A stretch of DNA of 64,000 nucleotides, taken from contig OX597822.1 in the NCBI GenBank assembly GCA_951406725.2, positions 105,958,001 through 106,022,000 of the forward strand, read 5' to 3'. Of the stretch, positions 27,676 to 38,849 are shown piece by piece. The notes under the pieces were generated by a model. That model was given only the letters and a program-made list of their open reading frames with translations. It searched no databases and was not told where the DNA came from. This stretch comes from Octopus vulgaris (Eukaryota). Both the position numbers and the translations under genes were made by a program. The number at the start of each line of letters is the position of its first letter. The stretch's first letter is position 1.

Positions 27676-28055
27676 TCTCTTGAAAAACGCCGCCGCCGTG
27701 GTGATCTCATTCTCGCCCACAACATCATAAGCGGAAAGTGTAACCTCTCGAAAGAGCTGTTCTTCACTCCTGCTCCAGAGCGTCGGCTGCGGGGTCATTC
27801 CGAAAAGCTCTACCTGCGACGATTTCATCTCAATCGAAGGAGAGGAGCTTTCTCCGTCCGGGTTGCGGTTCCGTGGAACAAGCTGCCAGACGAGATGGTG
27901 AAGATGCCGACGACCGCTTTGTTCAAAGCCTCCCTTGACCTCAAGTGGCCTGAACTCTTTACATGAACACCACCCTGTACTTAACTCCATGTCCCCCTAC
28001 ATGGCCTTGCTATTTGCTTTTGAGCCAAATTAACTAACTAACTAACTATCTAACA
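27676..28055 (+). mobile_element. 5'-truncated CR1-type LINE: ORF2 C-terminus, 3' UTR and (TAAC)n tail
   Basis: The uninterrupted frame 27676-27966 reads SLEKRRRRGDLILAHNIISGKCNLSKELFFTPAPERRLRGHSEKLYLRRFHLNRRRGAFSVRVAVPWNKLPDEMV...FKASLDLKWPELFT*, with the CR1 'RR.RGDLI...RGH..KL...FS.RV...WN.LP' signature. Confidence 0.9.
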
Positions 28056-28149
28056 GTACTTCTGTCTACTCGCCACAGCCATCGAAGATATTTTCTATTT
28101 ACACTGTCTCATATTCATTCAGATATGTGTTAAAGCATGCTACGGTCAA

Positions 28150-28590
28150 GGGACCCTTATATGAACCAAATTTCCTCATCTGATGCCTAATTCTTGTTCG
28201 GCATCACATCTCGTCAATTTGTCTATAATCCGTTTCTGCTTTTGGAGCGACTATTTGTTTCAGACGAAGGTTTTCCAGCTCCCTCTGTCGTGGGCCTTTT
28301 TCAACTCCCAGAAGCCTAGTAGAGTTAAACACAGTAATTTCCATTAGGGCGTTTCTCTTTGTAGAACCCAGGATAGGATTGAATACTTTTGACTTTCATG
28401 AAACTTGTCTTTTACTAACAGATTTCATGCTTTAATCTTGTTGGTTATCCAATCCCCACCTTCCTTAGGAAAGCACAGTAACGACCAGTTGAGTATCGAT
28501 TCTACGCAGGTAGTACAGGATTATATGGTTACCAGTTGCCATGTAATTCCATCAGTGTGCAATGTAATCTGTCCTGACCTGACCTAAATT
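28150..28590 (-). mobile_element. Possible L1/Tx1-like ORF2 remnant
   Basis: The minus strand reads LNWSLLCFPKEGGDWITNKIKA* (~28430-28495), resembling the 'W..LC.PK.EGGLG' motif after L1/Tx1 RT domains. Confidence 0.4.
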
Positions 28591-29343
28591 TCAGCATGTA
28601 TCATTTATTATTCGATGTGATAATCTCCAATATCGATTGCAAGACTGATCTATCAAAGCAGATACATTTCAAATATTTCTTCAATATTAATATTATTCGA
28701 CACATTGTCCTACCAATGAAACCGCGGAAAATTATAAAACAAGACACTGATCTAGATATATGAGTGTTGTCAGGAACCCTACATCTTAAAACCTAGTGGA
28801 CTCCAAAATCATATTATGATTGATTAATTTTTTACATATTCTGCAAAGCAATTGACTTTCTATCCGGTTTATATACGCAATATTCTTCCAAAAATGATTT
28901 ATTATTGAAAATAATTATGCTATAATAATGGTGGATCCCACATATTTGATAATGGAACTGATTTTGTTAACCTTACTATATTTTCGAGTTTGATCAGAAT
29001 TGAAAATAACTTCGATGGCAACACAGAATTATTAATAGTAATGTACAGACTGTTTTCGTCATGGTTGTGAACGCTTGGCCATCGTTCTAAAAAGTGTCAT
29101 TGATGCGTTTACTCTTGGCTTTTTTCTCTTTTTCACTCTCACTTTCTATTTAGTCTGCAATCTGAGTCATATCGAGTGAACGTGAAAGCTAGCCGATCGA
29201 TATCGGATTGTTTGCCGAGATTCAAATATATTGTGACACAATTCAACACGCATTCACATAATAATATCGATAATAACAAGATCAGCAACAATAATAATAA
29301 TACGTCAACACAACCAACACCACCACCAACAATAATATTAATG

Positions 29344-30345
29344 GTTTTCAATTTTGGCACAATGCCGGCAATTTTGATGAAAGAGGTTAAATTGATTACA
29401 TCGAACCCAGTGCTTAACTTGTACTTATGTTATCGACCCCAAAAGGAGGAAAAGTAAAGTTGACCCCAGTGGAATTTGAACTACGAACGTACAGGAAGAG
29501 GAAATGTTGCTAAGCTGTCTGCAAGGTGTGCGAAGAATTCCCCCAGCTCCCCGCTTTAAAAATAATAATTAACCCTTTCTTCTATAAGCAAAGGCCTGGA
29601 TTTTGTGGGGAGAAGGAGATCCGATCACATCGACCCCAGTACTTAACAGGTATTTAATTTATCGACTCCGAAAGGACGAGATCCAAAGTCGACCTCGGCG
29701 CCATACCACTAAGCATTTCGCCTGGCGTGCTAACGATTCTGTCAACTTGCCGCCTTAATAATTATAATGATCTCCAATTTTTACCGCAAGGGCAGCTTGG
29801 TAGGAGGAGATTAAGACGATTACATCGACGCCAGTGTATAACTGGTACTTATTAAATCGAACCCCGAAATGATGAAAGGCAAAGTCGACTTCGGTGGAAT
29901 TTCAACGCGGATCGTAGCGACGGGCGAAATATTGCTGGGCACAAGGCCTCAAATTTGGGGGAAGATATTAAGATGATCACATCGACCCCAGCGCATAAAT
30001 TGTACTTATTTAATCGACCCCAAAAGTTTGAAAGGTAAAGGCGACCTCGGCGGAATTTGAACTCACAACATTGCGTCAGGCGAAATACCATTTTGACCAG
30101 CGTGCTAATGATTCTGCCAACTCACCAATAATAATCGTTTTAACTCAATACACAATGCCCGAAATTTTGGGGAAGGGGGCCAGTCGATTAGGGCGACCCC
30201 AGTACGCAACTGGTACTTAATTTATTGACCCCGAAAAGATAGAAAAACAAAGTCGATCTCGTCTGAATTTGAACTAAGAACGTAGCGACGGGCGAAATAC
30301 CGCTAAACATTTTGTCCAGCGTGCTAACGATCGTACCAGATCACC
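29344..30345 (-). mobile_element. Five consecutive diverged SINE B copies in the same orientation
   Basis: The core TCGACCCCAGT...TACTTA...TCGACCCCGAAA...AAAGTCGACCTCGG recurs in copies at about 29344-29557, 29572-29756, 29770-29935, 29936-30125 and 30136-30345. Confidence 0.88.
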
Positions 30346-30357
30346 AAATTATTATTA

Positions 30358-30502
30358 ACAAGAAGAAGAAGAAAAAGGAGGAGGAGGAGGAGGAGGAGAA
30401 GAAGAAGAAGAAGGAGAAGAAGAAGAAGAAGAAGAAGAAGAAGAAGAAGAAGAAGAAGAAGAACAACAACAACAACAACAACAACAACAAACAACAACAA
30501 CA
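30358..30502. repeat. Compound trinucleotide repeat (AAG)n/(GAG)n/(AAC)n
   Basis: Directly visible; it gives the poly-K/E/N ORF. Confidence 0.97.
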
Positions 30503-31089
30503 CATTGGAGACATCATCCTATTTATACAATGCATTATTTGACGTGAAGCTTGTTTCGAATTTTCCTGAAATTCGTTGCCCATGTATACAATGACATCCC
30601 CATTGAATATGGAAATCAACTTGACGTATTTTGTGGGAAAACCTAACCAGCAGCTAAAAATAATATTCGCAACGATAGTGCTTTCACAGCAATATTATCA
30701 TCTTTTTTTTGCATTCATACATGTTTCTAACATTTTAAAGAATTGTCAAATGATATCGTGATGAAGACAGGAGAGCCAAGATTTGCATGATTCTCTCTGT
30801 TGCAGTTGAAATTCTACCCCTGATCCTGCAAGTAAACACGTACATGGAAATAAGCCGTCAAAGTAACCTGAAAAAGCGAGGCAGCTAAATATACCCTATA
30901 GTCATATGGTACCAAGTTAAGAATGGGGTGTTATATATAATGATCAATGAAGCGGTAGATGAATTGTCTTTGATCATGCACCTACTTAATCAGAGCACAT
31001 CTGGCGCTAAATAACAATAGCGTTGTGTACTGGGAGACACTTTAAGAAGGTAGCTGTTGTGAGAATATAAGCTTTTGGCGAAGAGTATA

Positions 31090-31320
31090 CTACGGGGCTT
31101 TGTTAAGTGACATACTAAAGTGATGAAAATATAGACAGATCGAATATTATTCATGTTATATTGTCAAGAATGTCTGAGAGTTCAGTATAGAAAAAAAGGA
31201 GGAATCATATTCTACGGCGCTTTGTTAGGTGACATACTAAAGTGATGAAAATGTAGATGGATCGTATGTTACTCACTTTGTTTTGCCAAGAATATCTGAG
31301 ACTTCAGTATAGGAAAGAAG
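31090..31320 (+). repeat. Diverged tandem duplication, 122-bp period
   Basis: CTACGG.GCTTTGTTA.GTGACATACTAAAGTGATGAAAAT...CTGAGA.TTCAGTATAG starts at 31090 and again at 31212. Confidence 0.9.
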
Positions 31321-31700
31321 ACAGACGAAAGGAATGGTTCTTACATGTAACTATGTTTGTAGTTGTATTGTATTAGTAGGTGATGTGTCGTAAATTAGTC
31401 AATGGTCTTTTATTGGATTTCGTCCTCAAGGTAGAGTTTGTGTTCCAGTCATTTCTTTTCGCATTTGTCTTGTCAGTAAATGTTATGTCTATTAGACTAT
31501 CAGTAATTCGGAATTGGAAATGTTCGTTTGGCAAGGTTTTCTTGGAGACATCTCTGATGACTCAATTAAAACATTGATCAAATCAATACAGCCTCACCAC
31601 TTCCGTAAACTAGCTAATCATCTTCGTTCATGAACAGTGCCACTGGCAACAAATGGTAAGCATGTGTGTGTCTTGTCTGTGAGTGTTTGCATGTGTGTCG

Positions 31701-31733
<33 letters not shown>

Positions 31734-31959
31734 TGTGCACACACACATAAAGAAAAGCGATAGAAAAGTGGAGTGAGAGAATGAGAGAGTGATGAATATG
31801 CCTGGTTGATTAGTTTAATGAAGTTCTCCAAACCTCAGCCGCAGTTCTTTCACGTTTAAAATTGGATAAACAGTTTTGATGAATAATAAGCAAACAAAGA
31901 AATTTGCTTTGGACCATAAAATGATAATGTAATATTCATATTACTCATAGTGTTATATA

Positions 31960-32746
31960 CAAGGTGTTCGGGCGAGATTTCACAATCTGGAAAGACACAA
32001 AGAAAAACACAATATTCAATTCAAAAATGAAGGTGTCTTAAAAGATTAAAGCATATCAACTAGATTGTGGCTGGGAGATAACTGTTTACTAAAAGAAGAC
32101 ACCCTCACCTTCCACCATGGTCTCAGTCCGGCTTCGGAACCTGACTAAAGCGTCCTTCTCTTTGTCCGTGGAAGATCTTCGAACACCTCCTTTATCTTAG
32201 CTACAGTAATCCATGGAATTAGGAAGCTAGAAATTGGAGTTGATGGAGTCTTAGAATTTCTCCGACAACGACATCTCACTCTTTGCGAGGGTACAGCAAA
32301 GAACAGAACCCTGTTGCCACACATATGGACTTTCAGCAGCAACCCTGTCCAGCAGCTTCACACACCCATTCTGAATCGACCCTAAAACCCTGCTTAAAGA
32401 TGCGAGATTCAATTCCGGCCTGCGAACGCAGTCAGCACGCCTACTGTAATCTTTCCTGTTGGGAACGGCTTGCTTCGTAGTTACCGTTCCAGCTGTTCAT
32501 GTTACTTCTTACAGCCTTTGCAGTGTTCAAAGAGCATTTTGATACTCGGCACGAATTATGATGATACAGGTAACCCTTTGCTAATATTCAGATAACTTCC
32601 CTTCCTCTATGTCAGTTAACTTTTTCTCAGCTACAACTGTCATTTTTATACGCTCCAATGCAGTTGATTGTTCCCCAATACATCAAGCTATTCCTGAAAA
32701 AAATGGATCCCTAAAAAAGATTCATGAATTTAACCGGAACGCCTCG
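31960..32746 (-). mobile_element. Internally deleted Tc1/mariner-superfamily element (maT/DD37D-like)
   Basis: Degenerate TIRs: CAAGGTGTTCGGG at the left end and, read on the minus strand, CGAGGCGTTCCGG at the right end, each flanked by TA. Minus-strand remnants PYVWQQGS..., PMDY and VRFRSRTETMVEGEGVFF* resemble 'YVWQQDSAP...NPMDY...FR.RLEAV..A.G..IE'. Confidence 0.75.
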
Positions 32747-33264
32747 TAACATGATTTTGACTTAGTATCGTAGACAGTCCTGTGTGTACCTTGAAATCTG
32801 AGGTGGTGATTAGATAGGATAAATTAACCGGTGGAAGAAAGGCTGTTGTGAATTATGAATGACACATCGTATAAAGTATTGTGCGATGTCGCGTGGCCTG
32901 GAGGATAGGGTGAATCAGCTGAAACCGGTTGCTTACAGTAAGAATCTTGACCACTGATGCGATGGAATAGCATTGGCTTCTGCATATGACAAATGAGCTT
33001 ATCGATTGATTTCTCTTAATATAATAATTCAACCATATGCATTCTGAATAGCCATATATACAGAAATTACACAGCTACATGGCTTCGCAGTTTCACTTTG
33101 TACTCACTTTGCATTTGTTAAATTTTATCAAAGCTGTTAATGATATGTAAAAGGCGCATGTCCTAATGATTAATATGTTCGGCTCATGATAGTAATGTCG
33201 CAGGTTCAATTTCTGGCCCAGTCAACTCAGATACAAATGAGTACTAGCCGAATTTCGGTACAGT

Positions 33265-33328
<64 letters not shown>

Positions 33329-33411
33329 GATGTACTAAAATGTAGTTGTGTTTTTAGCTTCTGCTTTCTCCATGATCACATGTAAGTATTTTATTTATAT
33401 TCCCTCGTAAG

Positions 33412-33471
33412 CTCTACTGACGAAGAATGTATCCTTTATAGGATTAATTCCTAAATTGATTCAATATAGAG
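33412..33471 (+). ncRNA. Degenerate type I hammerhead ribozyme-like motif
   Basis: CTCTA-CTGACGA-[AGAAT..ATCCT ttat AGGAT..ATTCC]-TAAA-[TTGA t TCAA]-TA-TAGAG. Stems I-III pair, but GAAA reads TAAA and the first stem II base is A. Confidence 0.55.
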
Positions 33472-33762
33472 ATAACGAAATTTAAATTTTCTAAAGGTTA
33501 GTTGCCCGCTTTCAGTTCAATTTTTCTGTAAGAAGTGGATTATAAGTGGATAAATCAGTGTATTGGCTATAGAATAACCTTCTTTAGCCCTTAATTATAA
33601 GATATATATATATATATCTTTTCTCTCTCTCTCTCTTTTTTCTCTCTCTCACCCTCTCTCTTTCCTTCCACCGTGACGTCTTACATGTCCCACTGGATCA
33701 AATGCTGAAAGAATCTAGATAGTGTTTAGATCTACTCGCGACTATATAAGTATATAAAACAT

Positions 33763-33870
33763 AAAGGGCGGAGAGCTGGCAGAAACGTTAGCACGCCGTA
33801 ATTGACTTAATCCCTTTATCTGTCCTTGTTTGTCCCCTCTATGTTTACCCCCTTGTGGGCAATAAAGAAA
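33763..33870 (+). mobile_element. SINE family B, internally deleted, with a 20-bp TSD that also encloses a Helitron
   Basis: The head GGCGGAGAGCTGGCAGAAACGTTAGCACGCCG is fused to the B 3' end. TATATAAGTATATAAAACAT lies at 33743-33762 and 34257-34276. Confidence 0.85.
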
Positions 33871-34252
33871 TCTCTCTCTATATAAACGGCAGTTTGTCTG
33901 TGCGTGTTTCTGTGTGTCTGTTTCTTGTACCCTCACCCTGACCACGGCTTTCAACCGATTCTGATGAAACTTGAGACACACGTAGCCCAATGTCATAATT
34001 CAAAACTAACGCAGCGAAAATTTTGAAAAGTTCCCCCAGTTCTGAAAAAATCGATAAATTCGACATGGGGTCGAGAATCAGAAACACAAACCACAAACTG
34101 TCTAGGGGACGCAACTCCAGCTTTTTTAACTCTCAAAAAAAATTTACCATCATTTTTTTCCATTTTTTTGCTATTTTTTGGCTATAACTCTCTAAAAATG
34201 CTTTATAGTTATTTCCCTTACAAACCTGAGCAACGCCGGGCGATACTGCTAG
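33871..34252 (+). mobile_element. Non-autonomous Helitron
   Basis: A|TC 5' end, subterminal CCTGAGCAACGCCGGG hairpin and CTAG|T 3' end. The 3' ~130 bp is shared with the element at 5574-5965. Confidence 0.85.
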
Positions 34253-34569
34253 TATATATATAAGTATATAAAACATTTAATGACTCCATGGCACATACTA
34301 CAAACTCTTAATGTCTGCGAAGGGCAACTGACTGATTTTTCATTATTTCCTTTATTTTCAGGATCTCCTTTATAATAATTCCTCGACAACTAACAAAACA
34401 TAAGTTAAAACATTGATCTCGGTACTCTTTTAAATTCCTCTTAGTTCAAATTCTTCGAAAAAGACTCACCATTTCATTAAACTCGATTTTGCATTTAGAT
34501 CTGAAAAGATCAAAGGAATTGGCCGTTACACAAATATTGAACTATATACAGTAGTGCTTCCATTATACT

Positions 34570-36110
34570 TTTCCTACTCTACGTACAAGCAACGATATTT
34601 GTGGGTGGGGGGGAGCCAGTCGATTAGATCGACTCCAGTATACAACTGGTACTTAATTTTACCACTCCTAAAGGATGAAAGGCAAAGTCGACCTCGACGG
34701 AATTTCAATTCACAACGTAGACAGACGAAATACCGCTAACTTTTTGTCCGGCGTGCTAACGTTTCTTATTTCTTTATTGCCCACAGGGGGCTAAACATGC
34801 AGGGGACAAACAAGCAGGGGACATGCAGGGGACAAAGAATATCGATTGCAAGATCGACCCCAGTGCGCAACAGGTACTTATTTTATCGACCCCGAAAGGA
34901 TAAAAGGTAAAGTCGACCTCGACGGAATTTCAATTCACAACGTAGACAGACGAAATACCGCTAAGTTTTTGCCCGGCGTGCTAACGTTTCTTATTTCTTT
35001 ATTGCCCACAGGGGGCTAAACATGCAGGGGACAAACAAGCAGGGGACATGCAGGGGACAAAGAATATCGATTGCAAGATCGACCCCAGTGCGCAACAGGT
35101 ACTTATTTTATCGACCCCGAAAGGATAAAAGGTAAAGTCGACCTCGACGGAATTTCAATTCACAACGTAGACAGACGAAATACCGCTAACTTTTTGTCCG
35201 CCGTGCTAACGTTTCTTATTTCTTTATTGCCCACAGGGGCTAAACATGCAGGGGACAAACAAGCAGGGGACATGCAGGGGACAAAGAATATCGATTGCAA
35301 GATCGACCCCAGTGCGCAACAGGTACTTATTTTATCGACCCCGAAAGGATAAAAGGTAAAGTCGACCTCGACGGAATTTCAATTCACAACGTAGACAGAC
35401 GAAATACCGCTAACTTTTTGTCCGCCGTGCTAACGTTTCTTATTTCTTTATTGCCCACAGGGGGCTAAACATGCAGGGGACAAACAAGCAGGGGACATGC
35501 AGGGGACAAAGAATATCGATTGCAAGATCGACCCCAGTGCGCAACAGGTACTTATTTTATCGACCCCGAAAGGATAAAAGGTAAAGTCGACCTCGACGGA
35601 ATTTCAATTCACAACGTAGACAGACGAAATACCGCTAAGTTTTTGCCCGGCGTGCTAACGTTTCTTATTTCTTTATTGCCCACAGGGGGCTAAACATGCA
35701 GGGGACAAACAAGCAGGGGACATGCAGGGGACAAAGAATATCGATTGCAAGATCGACCCCAGTACGCAAAAGGTACTTAATTTATCGACCCCGAAAGGAT
35801 AAAAGGCAAAGTCGACCTCGGCGGAATTTCAATTCACAACGTAGACAGACGAAATAACGCTAAGTTTTTGCCCGGCGTGCTAACGTTTCTTATTTCTGTA
35901 TTGCCCACAGGGGGCTAAACATGGAGAGGACAAACAAGGGATTACGTCGATTAGATCGACCCCAGTACGCAACAGGTACTTAATTTATCGACCCCGAAAT
36001 GATAAAAGGCAAAGTCGACCTCGGCGGAATTTCAACTCAGAACGTAAAGGCAGATGATATATAGCTCAGCATTTTGCCCGGCGTGCTAATGTTTCTGCCA
36101 GCGCGCCACC
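34570..36110 (-). repeat. Head-to-tail tandem array of 7 SINE B units (225-bp period)
   Basis: GTCGACCTCG occurs at 34687, 34912, 35137, 35361, 35586, 35811 and 36014. The internal units are nearly identical. Confidence 0.95.
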
Positions 36111-36130
36111 GTCCATTATACTATGAAATG

Positions 36131-36342
36131 AAGGCGGCGAGCCTGTGGTATCGTCAGCACGCCGGGCAAAATGCTTAGCGGTGCTTTGTCCGTCTTGGCG
36201 TTCTGAATTCAAATTCTGTCGAGGTCGATTTGTCTTTCAACCTTTCAGGGTGATTAAAATAAGTATCATTTGAGCGCTGGAGTCGATGTAATCGACTTAC
36301 TCCCCTCCCCCGAAACTGCTGGCCTGGTGCAAAAATTTGAAA
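36131..36342 (+). mobile_element. SINE family B with TSD, inverted relative to the array
   Basis: AAGGCGGCGAGC head. TSD CCATTATA(C/T)TATGAA(A/G)TG at 36113-36130 and 36343-36360. Confidence 0.88.
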
Positions 36343-37253
36343 CCATTATATTATGAAGTGGAGACAATAGAATCCACTGCAAAAATGTTTCACAGTGTTT
36401 GATTTATTATCCTTTTGTTCTGAGTTCAAATTCTGCTGGGACTGATTATTTGTCTTCCATTCTGGATTTCCGTTAAGTTTTTAAATTAAGTGCCAAACAG
36501 TTGCTATGGTTCTTGTAACTGGCTGCACGTTTGCTTGCAAATTTATCACCTCTTTCGTTCTGTCTTTCTGTAAAAATTCTAAGCATTATAAACATAAATA
36601 AATGTGCTTGTATACGTTTGTGTGTTCGCATGTGAGTATGTGAGGAGACTTCTTCATGCAAGTGTGTGCGACTAGCGATATTTGATTGAAAGCACGACAA
36701 CGTTTCTGTCATTGGAATTTTACTGCCGCATCACTAGATTTCAGAGTATGTTTGCTATGTTTTCGTTTTTGGCTCTCGTTAACTTAGTCGTCAAAGATTT
36801 ACAATGTCATTTTTATTTAGTTATTTTTGATTTCTCTAAGCAATTGCGTAATTAATTGAAAGCTATTTGTGGAAAATGTTTCTCCTAAGCCTGTTTACTG
36901 TAATTATTATATTTTTCGTAGCATTTTGACAGCTATATGAATGTTATGATCGTCAGCAGCATCATAGTACGATAATAACGCTATGCTTGCATCTAGAATT
37001 TTCTTTTCATATTTATTTTACGATTTCCTCGCTTTCTGTTGTAGATGCATTAATTGACTCTGCTGTAGAGTGAATTTGCACACTAATATCTATTGTGTAA
37101 AGAATCGAAGTATAACTGGTGCATTTTATTTCAATTCAAGTTACTCTTAACATTTTCAAATAACTAAAATGTTATCGGTTTCAAGATAATGTGACGATTT
37201 AAGGCGTCCGAATTCACTCAATCGTTAAGACAGTTTGTGGTATTAGCTGAGAG

Positions 37254-37483
37254 TCGGTGAACTGGCAGAAACGTTAGCACGCCGGGCGAAATGCGTAGCC
37301 GTATTTCGTCTGCCGTTACGTTCTGAGTTCAAATTCCACCGAGTTCGACTGTGCTTTTCATCCTTTCGGTGTCGATAAATTAAGTACCAGTTGCGCACTG
37401 GGGTCAATGTAATCGACTTAATCCGTTTGTCTGTCCATGTTTGTCCTCTCTGTGTTTAGCCTCTTGTGGGTAGTAAAGAAATA
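37254..37483 (+). mobile_element. SINE family B, full length
   Basis: Full B body. Probable TSD GG(T/A)ATTA(G/C)CTGAGAG at 37239-37253 and 37484-37498. Confidence 0.9.
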
Positions 37484-38080
37484 GGAATTACCTGAGAGCA
37501 TTTAGTTGCAGATGTTTGCGTTCAAATGTCACGGAGGCAAACTTTACTTTCCATCCTGCAGTAATCGATAAGATATGTGTCGATCGCGAGTTAAGTGTTG
37601 ATTATTTTACAAAAACTTGGAATTTATGTGATCTTGCAGCCTTATATAATTATTTTCATCTACGGCATGTTAACTCGGGATTCTCAAGCGATAATGTCAA
37701 CTTCATATATTTAAGGTATCCTCAGTCTGATGAATAACTAACTGAGTACCCCTACCCCCTCTAGTAATTATTTCATTAGAGGACCTGTTAGCTACGGAAC
37801 ATATGTAGCCTGGATTTGACCCTGAATTTGTAATTTTATTCGCATTCATAGCAGCACTAGTTTCTAAGCGTGAACTATACAGGACTCTTCAGTTTACTGA
37901 ACTTCCTCATAATTTCGATATGGGGAAAAGATCTGTAACTTTCGACGCCAATAAGTTGTTGTTATTCGTGGTAGTACACGGTCCACTCTTTGCTTTCTCT
38001 AACCACCACGGACTGCTTGACGCATAATAAGTTCCTACACTTGGATTCTTGGATTTTACCCATATATATATATATATATG

Positions 38081-38413
38081 GGGGGTAACCCCATCGGTCA
38101 TGAATGACAATAGGATTGCACCTAGAAAGTTACCCTCCGAAGCACAAGTCCGGGCAAGGTTGTTTATGGAAGACCAGCATTTGCCCATGCATACCAACCT
38201 CCCCACTCCACATCACACTGATGTTATCCAAGGGAAAGACAAAGAGGCCGATACAGCTTGGCACCAGTAATGTCGCAACTCATTTCTACAGCTGAGTTAA
38301 CTGGAGCGACGTGAAATAAAGTGTTTTGCTCAAGAACACAACACACAGGCCGGTCCGGGAATCGAACTCACAATCTCACGATCGTAAGCTCGACGCTCTA
38401 ACCATTGAGCCAT
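38081..38413 (-). mobile_element. tRNA-derived SINE family E
   Basis: The reverse complement has TGGCTCAATGGTTAGAGCG (A box), GAGTTCGATTCCC (B box) and GTGTTCTTGAGCAAAACACTT. The element sits between (TA)n tracts. Confidence 0.85.
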
Positions 38414-38773
38414 ATATATATATATATATATATATGTGTGTATGTATGTATGTATGTATGTATGTATGTATGTATGTATGTATGAAAAGTAAACTCTTTA
38501 ATACCTGCACCCCAACAAGAATCCACTGGTCACTTGGATCTCTGGTTATAAATTAGATTTGATACTGGCGTATTTACTGTATCCTTCCGGCACCTGAAGC
38601 CTTCAATATTGTTTTATTTCACTGTAAGTTCTAAGTGAACGTACCTAGTAATTCCTGGCGTCCTGCGTGTTGATGTGCCTTGATTCTTAAAAATCGTCTC
38701 AGACACACTACGCACACACAGGCACGTGCACACAGGCACGCACACACACACACACACACGCACGCACGCACAT

Positions 38774-38849
<76 letters not shown>

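Noticed and set aside
30312-30542. Poly-Lys/Glu/Asn ORF
   Set aside because: It is a trinucleotide microsatellite next to a SINE.
34570-36110. Regularly spaced repeats resembling a CRISPR array
   Set aside because: The whole 225-bp unit repeats with no unique spacers, it is SINE-derived, no cas genes are present and the DNA is eukaryotic.
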